A stretch of 64,000 nt of DNA from Gemmatimonadales bacterium (GCA_036004985.1 DASYQX010000030.1:4151-68150); one strand, 5' to 3'. Shown: positions 18,315 to 28,718, counted from the first letter of the stretch. Program-made: numbers and translations. Notes: generated by a model not told the origin, from the letters alone.

Positions 18315-18344
18315 TTGCCCACAACTTCCTGTCCCCGTTATATT
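18315..18344 (+). promoter_or_regulatory. Putative promoter of the rpmE-prfA-prmC operon
   Basis: TTGCCC, 18 nt spacer, TATATT. Confidence 0.5.
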
Positions 18345-18388
18345 TCCCCACTTCGTGCCGTTCGACTTTAGGGCAAGGATCGATTGCA

Positions 18389-18607
18389 GTGAAACCCGGA
18401 ATTCACCCGAAATACCAGCGGGCCACCGTGCAGTGCGCGTGCGGCAACAACTTCATCACGCGCTCCACCGTCCCCGTCATCCACGTCGAGATCTGCGCGC
18501 GCTGCCACCCCTACTTCACCGGCAAGCAGAAGCTGGTGGACACGGCCGGGCGCGTGGAGCGGTTCCGCCAGAAGTACGGGACAGACGCGAGCACCAAAGG
18601 GAGCTGA
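18389..18607 (+). CDS. rpmE: 50S ribosomal protein L31 (zinc-binding type)
   Basis: [40 protein letters not shown]. Confidence 0.96.
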   Translation: MKPGIHPKYQRATVQCACGNNFITRSTVPVIHVEICARCHPYFTGKQKLVDTAGRVERFRQKYGTDASTKGS

Positions 18608-18610
18608 CCC

Positions 18611-19669
18611 TTGGAGGCCCGACTCCGCCAAGCGCTCGCGCGGGCGGAGGAGGTCGCCCGCCAGCTGGCCGACCCCGAGACCGCGCGGAATCCGGCCAAG
18701 CTGAAGCAGCTGGGCCGCGAGCACGCGCGACTCGACGCCATCCGGCAAACGCACGCGAAGCTGGAACGCCTCGAGGCCGACCTCGCGCAGGCGCGTGAAG
18801 TCCTGGCCGACAAAGACCCCGATCTGTCCCAGCTGGCGCGGGCCGACGTCGAGCGCCTGCAGCCCGAGATCGAGCGCCTCCAGGCCCAGCTCGCCGAGCT
18901 TCTCACTCCGGCCGATCCCCTCGACGACCGCGACGCCATCGTGGAAATCCGCGCCGGCACCGGCGGGGACGAAGCCGCCCTGTTCGCGGCCGACCTGTTC
19001 CGCATGTACACCCGGTTCTGTGAGCGGCGCGGCTGGAAGGTCGAGATCCTCGCCCTCTCCGAGGGCAACCTCGGCGGCCTGAAAGAAGCGATCTTCGCGG
19101 CGCGCGGCCCCAAAGTGTACGGCACCCTGCGTTACGAGTCCGGCGTCCATCGCGTGCAGCGTGTGCCAGCCACCGAGGCCCAAGGCCGGATCCACACCTC
19201 GGCGGCGACCGTCGCCGTCCTCCCGGAAGCCGAAGACGTCGACGTCAAGATCGAGGACAAAGACCTGCGCATCGACGTGTTTCGCTCCGGCGGGCCGGGA
19301 GGTCAGAGCGTCAATACGACCGACAGCGCCGTGCGGGTGACGCACCTGCCCACCGGCCTCGAGGTGAAGTGCCAGGACCAGAAATCGCAGCTCCAGAACA
19401 AGATCAAGGCGCTCGACATCCTGCGGTCGCGGCTGCTCGACCGGATGGTGGCGGAGCAGGAGGCCGCCCGATCCCGCGAGCGGCGCGCCATGGTCGGCAC
19501 CGGCGACCGCTCCGCGAAGATCCGCACCTACAACTTTCCCCAGAACCGGGTGACCGATCACCGGATCAATTACAACGTGCACAACCTCACGGGGGTGTTG
19601 GACGGGAAGCTCGATGACTTGATCGCCGCGCTGAAGCTCGCCGGGGAGAAAGAACGCGTCAGTGTCTGA
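18611..19669 (+). CDS. prfA: Peptide chain release factor 1
   Basis: [28 protein letters not shown] (PAT motif), [20 protein letters not shown]. Confidence 0.96.
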   Translation: MEARLRQALARAEEVARQLADPETARNPAKLKQLGREHARLDAIRQTHAKLERLEADLAQAREVLADKDPDLSQLARADVERLQPEIERLQAQLAELLTPADPLDDRDAIVEIRAGTGGDEAALFAADLFRMYTRFCERRGWKVEILALSEGNLGGLKEAIFAARGPKVYGTLRYESGVHRVQRVPATEAQGRIHTSAATVAVLPEAEDVDVKIEDKDLRIDVFRSGGPGGQSVNTTDSAVRVTHLPTGLEVKCQDQKSQLQNKIKALDILRSRLLDRMVAEQEAARSRERRAMVGTGDRSAKIRTYNFPQNRVTDHRINYNVHNLTGVLDGKLDDLIAALKLAGEKERVSV

Positions 19670-20489
19670 GCGGCGGTCAACCAGCAACGGCGGCGGTCAA
19701 ACAACAGCTGCGGCGGTCTGGGCGGCACTGTCGGGCCTGACTGTCGGTGAAGCGTGGCTGCGCCGCGACGAACCGAAGCCGCCAGCCATGATCGAGCGAT
19801 TCCGCGCCGCTCTTACTGAGCTGGAACGCGGCGTTCCGTTCGCCTACGCCGTCGGCCGCGTGGGCTTCCGCTCGCTCGACCTGAACATCGACCGGCGCGC
19901 CCTCATCCCGCGGCCCGAGACGGAGGGGTTGGTCGACCTCGCGCTCACCGCGGGGCCTGGGGGGGGGGGGGGCATCGCCGCGGACGTCGGCACCGGCTGC
20001 GGCTGCATCGCGCTGGCGCTCGCGACGGAAGGCCGCTTCGATCGCGTGATTGCGGTCGAGCGGTCCCCGGAGGCGGTCGTGCTGGCCCGCAAGAACGCGG
20101 CGCTCGTGCAACCGCCAACGCCCGTTGAGGTTCGGGAGGGCGACCTGCTCGGCCCCCTGGGCGAGGACGGGGCGCGATATCGGGTAATTGTGTCGAACCC
20201 GCCTTATCTTAGTGCGGCGGAATACGGGGGGCTCGACCCGGCCGTCAAGCAGTTCGAGCCGCGTGAAGCGCTCGAGAGCGGTCCCGATGGGCTGGCCGCG
20301 ACGCGGCGGCTGCTCGCCGGCGCGGCGGCGCTGCTCGAGCCGGGCGGGATCCTGGCGCTAGAGATCGACGAGCGGCGTGACGCCGCTGTGCGCGCGCTGG
20401 CCCGCGAGTGTGGCTGGGCGCGGATCACGATTCACAATGACCTGTTCGGCCGCCCACGTTACGCGTTGGCGTTTCCCCGGGAGGGGTGA
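19662..20489 (+). CDS. prmC: Release factor glutamine methyltransferase
   Basis: [29 protein letters not shown]; follows prfA. Confidence 0.92.
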   Translation: MSERRSTSNGGGQTTAAAVWAALSGLTVGEAWLRRDEPKPPAMIERFRAALTELERGVPFAYAVGRVGFRSLDLNIDRRALIPRPETEGLVDLALTAGPGGGGGIAADVGTGCGCIALALATEGRFDRVIAVERSPEAVVLARKNAALVQPPTPVEVREGDLLGPLGEDGARYRVIVSNPPYLSAAEYGGLDPAVKQFEPREALESGPDGLAATRRLLAGAAALLEPGGILALEIDERRDAAVRALARECGWARITIHNDLFGRPRYALAFPREG

Positions 20490-20843
20490 GTGCTCGAGGA
20501 CAAGGCGGAGGAGCTGGGGCGGCTGTTGGGCCAGACCGAGGAGTACAAGGCGCTGCGGCGCGCCAGCGACCGGCTGCGGGAGGACCCGGAGGTACAGAAA
20601 GTCCTCGCCGAGGGGGAGCGCCTGGCTCAGGAGATCGAGAAGGCGGCCCAAGCAGGAAAGGAGCCCACCAAGGAACAGGTGGAGCAGTACGATCGGGCGT
20701 TGCAGAGCGTACAGGGAAATCCGGTGTACCAGCAAATGGTGGCCGCGCAGTCGAACTTCGAGAAGTTGATGGCCAAGATCAACGCCCGCATCTACGACGG
20801 CATGAAAAAGGGATCGGCCAGCCCGATCATCACGCTCGGCTAA
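20490..20843 (+). CDS. YlbF/YmcA (Com_YlbF) family protein
   Basis: AEELGRLLGQTEEY start, helical; NPVYQQMVAAQSNFEKLMAKIN. Confidence 0.7.
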   Translation: MLEDKAEELGRLLGQTEEYKALRRASDRLREDPEVQKVLAEGERLAQEIEKAAQAGKEPTKEQVEQYDRALQSVQGNPVYQQMVAAQSNFEKLMAKINARIYDGMKKGSASPIITLG

Positions 20844-20846
20844 GCC

Positions 20847-21470
20847 GTGTTCATTGTGGTCGAAGGGCCGGAGGGGGCGGGGAAGTCCACGCTGATCCGG
20901 TGGCTGGCGGCGCAGCTCTTGGCGGACGGTCGCCGGGTGCTGACGGTGCGGCAGCCTGGCGGCACGCCGGTGGCCGAGGCGGCGCGCAAGCTGGCCCTGA
21001 AATCGAAGCATGACATCACGCCCGCAGCCGAGCTGTTCCTGTTCCTTGCGGCGCGCGCCGAGCTGGTGGATCGCGTGGTCCGGCCCGCGCTCGCGGAGGG
21101 GCAGGTGATTCTGGCGGACCGCTACGACCTGTCCACGCTGGCCTATCAGGTGGCGGGGCGCGGGCTGCCCCGCGCCGAGGTCGAAGCGGCGTTACGCTTG
21201 GCCACCGGCGGGCTGGTGCCCGATCTCACGCTTGTGCTCGACGTGCCGGTAGGTGTCGGGCGGGAGCGGCAACGCCGGGCGCGGAAGGAGCAGGATCGCT
21301 TGGAGGGGCAGGACGACGCGTTCCACGAGCGGGTGCGGCAGGCCTACCGCGCGGCCACCGGGCCCGGGATCGTGCACATCGATGCGAGTCAGTCGAAGCA
21401 AGTCGTGCAGGCCGCCGCCTGGCGGGAAGTCGCCGCGGTGACTGCACCTTCACTACGGGGCGTCTCATGA
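20847..21470 (+). CDS. tmk: Thymidylate kinase
   Basis: FIVVEGPEGAGKST, ELFLFLAARA, DRY..STLAYQ, PDLTLVLDV. Confidence 0.95.
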   Translation: MFIVVEGPEGAGKSTLIRWLAAQLLADGRRVLTVRQPGGTPVAEAARKLALKSKHDITPAAELFLFLAARAELVDRVVRPALAEGQVILADRYDLSTLAYQVAGRGLPRAEVEAALRLATGGLVPDLTLVLDVPVGVGRERQRRARKEQDRLEGQDDAFHERVRQAYRAATGPGIVHIDASQSKQVVQAAAWREVAAVTAPSLRGVS

Positions 21471-23083
21471 TGCGTCACAAGATAGCCGTGGTTGCCGTCG
21501 TCGCCGTCGCCGCGCTCGCCAGCGGCGCGTGGTTCCTGCAGCGCGAGACCGAGCCTGTCGGCTCCGTCTACCAGCAGGCCCGCTTGTTCGACGACGTGCT
21601 CGCCCACGTCTCCGATTACTATGTCGACTCGCTCGACGAGCGCCGGCTGTACCAGATGGCGATCGACGGGCTGCTCGACCAGCTGGGTGATCCCTACTCC
21701 GTGTATCTGAAGCCGGAGGACTTCCGCGGGCTCACGGAGGCGACGACCGGGAACTACACCGGGCTTGGTATCCAGATCGACGTGCGCGACGGGTGGATCA
21801 CCGTCGTGGGGGCGCTGCCCGACACGCCCGCGGAGCGGGCCGGCATCCAGACCGCCGACCGCATCGTCGCGCTCGACGGCCGGCCCACGGAGGGGTGGAA
21901 GCAGGACCAGGCGGTAAAGGAGCTGCGCGGCCCAGCGGGCACCGTGGCCGAGTTGGCGATCCGGCGCGTGGGCGTGGATCAGCCGATCACCTTCAAGATC
22001 ACCCGGGCCACGATCCACATCCGCTCGGTCCAGATCGCGATCATGCTCGACCAGCACGTGGGCTACATCTCGCTCAACCCTGTGAATGAGACGTCGGCGC
22101 AGGACGTGACGCTGGCGGTCGACTCGCTCCTGAAGCTGGGGATGAAGTCGCTCGTGTTCGACCTGCGGGGCAACCCCGGCGGGCTGCTGGATCAGGGGGT
22201 GGCGGTGTCGGACCTGTTCCTGGACCCCGGGAAGGAGATTGTTGCGACGCGCGGCCGGGCGCCCGGCTCGAGCCGCGAGTTTCGCGACTCGAAGGCGCAG
22301 CGGTGGGCGGGCCTGCCCATCGTCGTCCTGGTCAACGGCGGCTCGGCGAGCGCGGCGGAGATCATCGCGGGGGCGTTGCAGGACCATGACCGCGCCGTGC
22401 TCATCGGCACGCCGACGTTCGGCAAGGGATTGGTGCAGTCGTTCTGGCGTCTGACGCCGGAGTCGGGACTCAAGCTGACGACGGCCCGCTGGTATACGCC
22501 GAGCGGCCGGACGATCCAGCGCGTGACGCGCACGGAGGCCGAACAGGAGGCGCAGGTGCTGGCGGCGCAGCGCGGTCAGGACACGGTCAAGGTCGATTCG
22601 ATGCCGGTGTTCCACACCGATGGCGGCCGCATCGTGTACGGCGGCGGCGGCATCCGGCCCGACATGTTCGTCGCGCCCGATACCTTCACGGCCGCCGAGC
22701 GCGCCTTCACCCGCGGGCTGGGCAACAAGATCCCCGTGTTCCGGGACGCGCTCACCAGCTACGCCCTCGAGCTCAAAGAGGGGCGGCGGCTGCCGGCGCC
22801 GAACTTCACGGTGACCGACGGCATGGTGGACGAAGTGTTGCGGCGCATCCGCGCGAAGGGCGCGGTGGTGCCCGACTCGATCGTGGCGGGAGCCCGGTCG
22901 CTGATCGCGCAGGAGCTGACCTATGAGGCGGCACGCTACGCGTTCGGGCGTCCCGCCGAGTTCCGCCGCCGCATGGCGGACGACCGTCAGGTGCAGCGGG
23001 CGCTGACGCTCGCGCAGCGGGCCAAGTCGCCGCAGGATCTGTTGGCCCAAGTCGTGACGCCGGCGCCGGTCCGCAATCAGTGA
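21467..23083 (+). CDS. ctpA: S41 carboxy-terminal processing protease with a PDZ domain
   Basis: GDPYS, GLGIQI PDZ, DLRGNPGGLL, SASAAEIIAGALQD, TFGKGLVQ, TARWYTPSGR. Confidence 0.92.
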   Translation: MMRHKIAVVAVVAVAALASGAWFLQRETEPVGSVYQQARLFDDVLAHVSDYYVDSLDERRLYQMAIDGLLDQLGDPYSVYLKPEDFRGLTEATTGNYTGLGIQIDVRDGWITVVGALPDTPAERAGIQTADRIVALDGRPTEGWKQDQAVKELRGPAGTVAELAIRRVGVDQPITFKITRATIHIRSVQIAIMLDQHVGYISLNPVNETSAQDVTLAVDSLLKLGMKSLVFDLRGNPGGLLDQGVAVSDLFLDPGKEIVATRGRAPGSSREFRDSKAQRWAGLPIVVLVNGGSASAAEIIAGALQDHDRAVLIGTPTFGKGLVQSFWRLTPESGLKLTTARWYTPSGRTIQRVTRTEAEQEAQVLAAQRGQDTVKVDSMPVFHTDGGRIVYGGGGIRPDMFVAPDTFTAAERAFTRGLGNKIPVFRDALTSYALELKEGRRLPAPNFTVTDGMVDEVLRRIRAKGAVVPDSIVAGARSLIAQELTYEAARYAFGRPAEFRRRMADDRQVQRALTLAQRAKSPQDLLAQVVTPAPVRNQ

Positions 23084-24009
23084 CCTTGGCGGCCTCCCGG
23101 CCGGCGGTCGGCGTGATCGGCCCCGGCCGGGCGGGCGTCGGGTTGGCGTTGGCGCTGGCGCGGGCCGGCTACACGGTCTACCTCCACGGGCGCCGCAAGA
23201 AGAGCGTGCCGGCACCCCTCACGCTGAGCGTCGGAGATGGGGTCTCGCCGCCCGCCTGGCTCGCCCAGGCGGGCGTCGTCATTCTCGCCGTGCGGGACGA
23301 CGGCGTCCGCCCGCTCGCCGAGTCGCTGGCCGCGTCGCGCGCGATCGGCGAGAGCCACGTCGTGCTCCACCTCTCGGGCGCGCAGGGCCAGGAGGCGCTC
23401 AGTCCGTTGGTGACCAGCCGGGCGGCGCTGGGGTCGCTCCATCCGCTGCAAACGATCGCCGAGCCCGAGCAGGCGCCGGCCCGCCTCAAGGGCGCGTGGG
23501 CCGCGGTCGAGGGGATGCCGCGCGCCGTCGAGGCCGGGGAGCGGCTCGCCCGGGACCTCGGGATGCGGCCGTTCCACATCCCCACGAAGGCCAAACCGAT
23601 CTACCATGCCGGGGCGGTGTTCGCGTCGAACTACTTGGTGGTCGTGGAGGCGGTGGCGCAGCGCTTACTGCGTCATGCCGGCCTGTCGGACGCGGACGCC
23701 TGGGCGGCGCTGCGGCCGCTGGTGGAGGGCACGTTCGAGAATCTGAGCCGCGCCGAGCCGCGCGACGCGCTCACCGGCCCCGTGGCCCGTGGCGACACGG
23801 CGACGATCGCGCGGCACCTCGAGTCCCTGACCCTCGACGATGCGAAGCTGTACCGTGCGCTGGGGCGCGCGGCGCTGGAGTTGGCGGAGAAGCGGGGGAT
23901 GGACGAAGCGACGGCCGCGCGGGTCGCCGAGGCGCTGGCTACTGATCTACCACTCGTGATCCGGCCGGTGGCGCGAACACAAACTCGCGGGAAGGGACGC
24001 CGCGGTTGA
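23080..24009 (+). CDS. Rossmann-like + DUF2520 domain oxidoreductase (PanG-like)
   Basis: GPGRAG, LAVRDD, HLSGA, SLHPLQT, YHAGAVFASN, ALTGPVARGD. Confidence 0.85.
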   Translation: MTLAASRPAVGVIGPGRAGVGLALALARAGYTVYLHGRRKKSVPAPLTLSVGDGVSPPAWLAQAGVVILAVRDDGVRPLAESLAASRAIGESHVVLHLSGAQGQEALSPLVTSRAALGSLHPLQTIAEPEQAPARLKGAWAAVEGMPRAVEAGERLARDLGMRPFHIPTKAKPIYHAGAVFASNYLVVVEAVAQRLLRHAGLSDADAWAALRPLVEGTFENLSRAEPRDALTGPVARGDTATIARHLESLTLDDAKLYRALGRAALELAEKRGMDEATAARVAEALATDLPLVIRPVARTQTRGKGRRG

Positions 24010-24610
24010 CCGCGAGATTCCGCAGCGCCACGCTGCGGCGTTGGCCCGACGTTTCCACCAGCTCGATCCTTCGTATCAGCCCGTCGTCCCGGTCGATCCA
24101 CACCACCGCTTCCGAGTAGGGCAGATCGGTCGCGCGCGGAACCAGCGCGACCACGTCGGCCAAGCCATCCGCCAGCGAATCGGCGCGCAGGTAGCGCGCG
24201 CGGTACCGCTCGCGCGGCCGCTCCACGAACTGCCCGATCAGGTTGGGGCCGGTGGTGCCGGTGCTGGGGATCCCGGTGCGGATCACCTGACCGGGGGTCG
24301 AGCTGGGCGTGTAGAGCCAGAGATGCCGCCCGTCGGCCACGATGCGGTCGCCGCGGGGCTGTGAGAACCGCATCGCGAAGTGACTGGGCCGCATCTGGTA
24401 CAGCTTGCCGCGCGTCGTGTCGGGCGCGCCGATCAAGGGGTTCGCGACGATTTGCACGAAGTCCGCCGAGAGAGTGCGGATCGTCTGGTAAACCGCGGAC
24501 GCCCGGTCCAGGATCGGTCCCGGGTCCTGCGCTGGAAGGTTGGAAAGTTGGAACGCTGGAACGAGTGCGATCATTCCAACTTTCCAACGTTCCAACGTTC
24601 CGACCTTCAC
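23939..24610 (-). CDS. lolA: Outer-membrane lipoprotein carrier protein
   Basis: [43 protein letters not shown]. Confidence 0.85.
   Translation of the reverse strand: MKVGTLERWKVGMIALVPAFQLSNLPAQDPGPILDRASAVYQTIRTLSADFVQIVANPLIGAPDTTRGKLYQMRPSHFAMRFSQPRGDRIVADGRHLWLYTPSSTPGQVIRTGIPSTGTTGPNLIGQFVERPRERYRARYLRADSLADGLADVVALVPRATDLPYSEAVVWIDRDDGLIRRIELVETSGQRRSVALRNLAVNRGVPSREFVFAPPAGSRVVDQ
24531..24608. repeat. Palindromic octamer tandem repeat, (GTTGGAAN)x4 ... (TTCCAACN)x4 hairpin
   Basis: gctggaag gttggaaa gttggaac gctggaac, loop, then ttccaact ttccaacg ttccaacg ttccgacc; covers the LolA N-terminus. Confidence 0.88.
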
Positions 24611-25647
24611 GCCCCCACCGCCGCTGGCTCCGCCACTCGACGCCCGATCGCTTCCGCGATGATCCGCACCTCGCGCATCAGCTGGGCGAACTGCTCCGGG
24701 AACAGCGTCTGCGCGCCGTCAGACAGCGCCTCTTCGGGGTTGGGGTGCACCTCCACCATGATGCCGTCGGCCCCGGCGGCGACCGCCGCGCGGGCCATCG
24801 GAATGACCTTGTCGCGCAGGCCGGTGCCGTGCGAGGGATCGGCGATGATCGGCAGGTGCGAGAGCTTGTGCACCACCGGGATCGCGGTGAGGTCGAAGAT
24901 GTTGCGCGTCGTCGCATCGAAGCCGCGCACGCCGCGCTCGCACAGAATCACCTCGTGGTTGCCTTCGGCGAGGAGGTACTCGGCCGAGAGCAGCAGCTCG
25001 GTGATCGTGGCGCTGATGCCCCGCTTGAGCAGCACCGGCTTACCGCAGCGGCCCGCGACCTTGAGCAGCGCGAAATTCTGCATGTTCCGGGCGCCGATCT
25101 GGACGATGTCGGCCATCTCCGAGACCCAGCCGAGGCCGCTCTCGTCCATCGCCTCGGTGCAGATCAACAGTCCCGTCTCGTCGCGGGCCCGGGCGAGGAG
25201 CTTCAGGCCCGGGCGGCCGAGCCCCTGGAACGAGTACGGCGAGCTGCGCGGTTTCCAGGCGCCGCCGCGCAGGATCACCGCCCCGGCGTCCTTCACGAGG
25301 CGCGCCGCCTCGACGATCTGCCGCTCGGTCTCGACCGAACAGGGGCCGGCGATCGCCACCACATCCGTTCCTCCGACCTGCACGCCGCCCGGTAGCCGCA
25401 CGACCGTCGGCTCGGTCTTCCACTCGCGGCTTACCTGCTTGTAGGGCTTGGAGACGTGGATGACTTCCTGGACGCCGGGAAGGCCCTCGAGCCGTGACGC
25501 GTCGACGCGCCCGTCGTTGCCGACGAGCCCGACGGCGGTGCGCTGCGCGCCGGGCATGGGACGAGCCTGATAGCCCATCTCCTCGATGACAGAGACGACT
25601 TTGTTCAGTTCCTCAGGCGTGGCCCCATGCCGCATCACGATGAGCAC
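24607..25647 (-). CDS. aroF: DAHP synthase type I-beta with an N-terminal ACT-like domain
   Basis: [59 protein letters not shown]. Confidence 0.93.
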   Translation of the reverse strand: MLIVMRHGATPEELNKVVSVIEEMGYQARPMPGAQRTAVGLVGNDGRVDASRLEGLPGVQEVIHVSKPYKQVSREWKTEPTVVRLPGGVQVGGTDVVAIAGPCSVETERQIVEAARLVKDAGAVILRGGAWKPRSSPYSFQGLGRPGLKLLARARDETGLLICTEAMDESGLGWVSEMADIVQIGARNMQNFALLKVAGRCGKPVLLKRGISATITELLLSAEYLLAEGNHEVILCERGVRGFDATTRNIFDLTAIPVVHKLSHLPIIADPSHGTGLRDKVIPMARAAVAAGADGIMVEVHPNPEEALSDGAQTLFPEQFAQLMREVRIIAEAIGRRVAEPAAVGA

Positions 25648-25649
25648 GA

Positions 25650-26423
25650 CTACTTGCCTCCCTGTCCGATGCTGAACCGGTCGCCATCCTTCGCGGCCGT
25701 TACCGGACCCTTGAACCGCGTTCCCGCCAGCTTGGCCGGGTCCGAAGTCTCTACCGGAGGATAGAAGTGCGTCAAGACTAGCCGTTTCGCCTTGGCATCC
25801 CGCGCTAAGTCGCCCGCCCGCTCGGGCGTGAGGTGGATGTCCATCGCCATCGACTCGGGGAGTGAGCACTCGGCGAGCAGCACGTCGCAGCCGGCGGCCC
25901 AGCGCGCCAGCTCGTCGCTCTGCCCGGTGTCGCCCGTGTATACCAGCCGTCCTTCCGGCGCCGTGAGCGAGAGCGCCACGCTCTCCGTGGTGTGGGGCAC
26001 GGGGAAGGTGTCGAGGCTCACCTCCGCGTTCAGCGGGAACGGCTCGCCGTCGCGCACGTCGAGGATCCCGATCGGGAAGCCGGGGTCGAGCAGCCAGTCG
26101 CCGTACCCTTCGGCCAGGGCGCGGAGCAGCTGCACCACGCCGCGCGGCCCGAGGATCACGAGCGGCTCGGTGCGCGCGGGGGTGGTCGTGTACTTGAGCG
26201 CGTACACGAGCATTGGCAGCTCGCCCCAGTGGTCGGGATGGAAGTGCGACAGCACCACATGACTCACCTGCTGCCACGGCAGCCCGAATTCAGCGAGCCG
26301 GTGCAGCGCACCGTTGCCGCAGTCGAGCAACACGCGGAGGTCCCCGCGCGCCACCCAGTGGCAGGCGCAGGTGCGGCGGGCCGAAGGAGCGACGGTGCCG
26401 GTGCCGACAGTCACGAGGTCCAT
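25650..26423 (-). CDS. MBL-fold hydrolase, ribonuclease Z/BN-like
   Basis: [38 protein letters not shown]. Confidence 0.87.
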   Translation of the reverse strand: MDLVTVGTGTVAPSARRTCACHWVARGDLRVLLDCGNGALHRLAEFGLPWQQVSHVVLSHFHPDHWGELPMLVYALKYTTTPARTEPLVILGPRGVVQLLRALAEGYGDWLLDPGFPIGILDVRDGEPFPLNAEVSLDTFPVPHTTESVALSLTAPEGRLVYTGDTGQSDELARWAAGCDVLLAECSLPESMAMDIHLTPERAGDLARDAKAKRLVLTHFYPPVETSDPAKLAGTRFKGPVTAAKDGDRFSIGQGGK

Positions 26424-26424
26424 T

Positions 26425-28713
26425 TCACCTTCCGCGGAAGACGATGCGTTTGAACAGCACGATGCCGGGCGCCTTGAGCTTGTAGAGATACACGCCCGTC
26501 GGCAACAGGCGTCCATTGTCGGCGCGGCCATCCCACATGAGACGCGGATCGCAGGTCCCGCCCCCCCCCCCCGGCAGGCCGCGGCCGTAACGGCCCGCCG
26601 TCAAAATGGGCGGGAAATCGGCACCGGGAATGAACCGGCGCAGCCGGTTGCCCCGCAAGTCGAGGATCTCGAGCTCGACGAGCCCAGTGGTGGCGAGGTC
26701 GAACCAGAGGCAGGTCGAGTCGCGGCCGGCGCCGGGGAAGGGGTTGGGGAAGTTCTGGTACAGCAGGGTCGCCGCCGGCACGCCGCCGTCGACCACCAGG
26801 AACGACCCCAGACTCGGGGCCAGGCTCGTGTCGGCGCCCGCGTGCACGACCAGGAACCAGCGGTATTCGGCGTTGCGCTCCAGCGCCTGCGGGATCCGGA
26901 AGCTCATCGCCGTGAGCCCGCCGGCGCCGAACTCGGGGAACGGATCGCCGACACGCTGCACGAAGAGGTCGTAGCTGAACGGTCCGGGGGGCGCCGCGAT
27001 GGCGGGCGACGTCCAGGTGAAGGTGGGCTGCGTCGAGTCGGTCACCGACCCGCCAGGGTCGCTGAGCGAGGTCAGCGTGGCCCACTGCGGCACGTCGAGC
27101 GGGCCGATCCGTCCCGTGCTCGCCGTTTCGCCCGTCGCCGCGGTCGCATCCACGCGCCAGAAGATCGGCGCCCCGGGCTTCACGGCGCGGGGGAGGTCGT
27201 ACGTCTGGCCGTTCGCCAGGGTCGTGTCCACGAACGGCGTGGCGATCCCGGTGTCGCGCGCCAGCCGCAGCCGGTAGGCGACCGGCATGGCGGAGGGCGG
27301 GACGCCGCCCGCCGACCAGGTGAACGTGGGTGTGATCGAGGTGAGCAGCCCGGCGAGCGGAGCGTTCGCGACGACGCCGTTCGGGAAGACGGCGGATGCG
27401 GCGACGTCGGGCCGCCCCCAGCCCCGCACCGAGTCGGGCGCGGCGCGGTTCGTCGCCGTCGCGCGAAACGCCGCGCGCAGCTGCACGGGCGTGAGCCCGG
27501 GGTGCAGTTGCTTGACCAGCGCCGCGCTCGCGGCGATGAGCGGCGTGGCGAACGACGTGCCGTTCAAGCGGCTCACCGAGCCTGAACCCACCACGACGCA
27601 CACGTCCACGCCGGGGGCGGTGAAATCGGGCTTCAAGCGACCGTCGGCGGTCGGTCCACGGGACGAGAACGCGGCGATGTTCCCCAGCGAATCCTCGGCT
27701 CCGATCGCCAGGACCGAGTCGCCGTCCGCCGGTGTCCCCAGGGTCCGGAATCCCGGGCCCGAGTTGCCCGCGGCGGTGACGACGAGGATGCCCCGCTGGG
27801 CCGCCAGATCGGCGGCGACGGTCGTCACCGCCACATCGCCGTTGAGCTGGGAGGGCAGGTAGCTGAAGCCGTTGTCGAACACGAGGTAGCCGAGGCTCGA
27901 GGACACGAGATCCACGCCGATCGAATCGGCCCATTCGAGGGCGGCGACGTAGTTGTCCTCCTCCACCCGCATTTCGGAGCGCACGTCCTCGGTCTTGGCG
28001 AGCAGGTAGGTCGCGCCGCGCGCGACGCCGCGGAGGCGGCCCGGGACGTCGCCCGCGAACAACGACCACGTCGCGGTGCCGTGCGAATGGGCGTCGCTGG
28101 CGCCGTCCGCCGAGTCGTTGCGGACCACGGTATCGCGAAACACGAAGTCGTATTGCGCCGTGACCGTGATCCCGGTGAACGCGGGGTTCTGCGTGTCGAA
28201 GCCGGTATCGAGAATACCAATGCGGACGCCGGCGCCGTCCACGCCCGCGTCGCTGAGGGGCCGGAGATGGAGCTGGCGGTACGGCATTTCGGACGGGCCG
28301 TAGGTGGGATCGCCTACGGCGTCGCAGACGACAGCTGTTGCGGGGGCGATCCGCGCGGGGTCGGGCCGGCCGGGCGGCAGCCGGAAGCGGCCGAGGGGCT
28401 GGATGCGCCGCAGGCCGGGGTCGCGGGCGAGGAGGCGGAGGGCGGCGGTCGGGGCGTCCACGCTGACGGCGTGGAGCCAGCGGCTGCGCATTCGGACGCG
28501 GGCGCCGAGCGCGGTGGCGCGGTCGGCCACCGCGGCGAGCGATACGCCGGGCCGGGCGAACAGCCAGACGGAGATCGTCGTGTCCTGCGTCCAGGCGCGG
28601 GGCAGGGCGGGAGAAACGGCGGGCCGCTGCGCTGCGAGGCCCGCCGTGAGCGTGAGCCAGAGCAGAACTACGACCCCCCCCCCGCCCCCCGCCAGCCGGA
28701 GGGACCGGCCCAC
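26425..28713 (-). CDS. Secreted S8 subtilase with a C-terminal FlgD-Ig / T9SS-CTD-like domain
   Basis: Triad ILDTG, HSHGT, GTSFATP; AAGNSG; C-terminal YQNFPNPF...WDG...GVYLYKL. Confidence 0.9.
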   Translation of the reverse strand: MGRSLRLAGGGGGVVVLLWLTLTAGLAAQRPAVSPALPRAWTQDTTISVWLFARPGVSLAAVADRATALGARVRMRSRWLHAVSVDAPTAALRLLARDPGLRRIQPLGRFRLPPGRPDPARIAPATAVVCDAVGDPTYGPSEMPYRQLHLRPLSDAGVDGAGVRIGILDTGFDTQNPAFTGITVTAQYDFVFRDTVVRNDSADGASDAHSHGTATWSLFAGDVPGRLRGVARGATYLLAKTEDVRSEMRVEEDNYVAALEWADSIGVDLVSSSLGYLVFDNGFSYLPSQLNGDVAVTTVAADLAAQRGILVVTAAGNSGPGFRTLGTPADGDSVLAIGAEDSLGNIAAFSSRGPTADGRLKPDFTAPGVDVCVVVGSGSVSRLNGTSFATPLIAASAALVKQLHPGLTPVQLRAAFRATATNRAAPDSVRGWGRPDVAASAVFPNGVVANAPLAGLLTSITPTFTWSAGGVPPSAMPVAYRLRLARDTGIATPFVDTTLANGQTYDLPRAVKPGAPIFWRVDATAATGETASTGRIGPLDVPQWATLTSLSDPGGSVTDSTQPTFTWTSPAIAAPPGPFSYDLFVQRVGDPFPEFGAGGLTAMSFRIPQALERNAEYRWFLVVHAGADTSLAPSLGSFLVVDGGVPAATLLYQNFPNPFPGAGRDSTCLWFDLATTGLVELEILDLRGNRLRRFIPGADFPPILTAGRYGRGLPGGGGGTCDPRLMWDGRADNGRLLPTGVYLYKLKAPGIVLFKRIVFRGR

Positions 28714-28718
28714 CGTGG

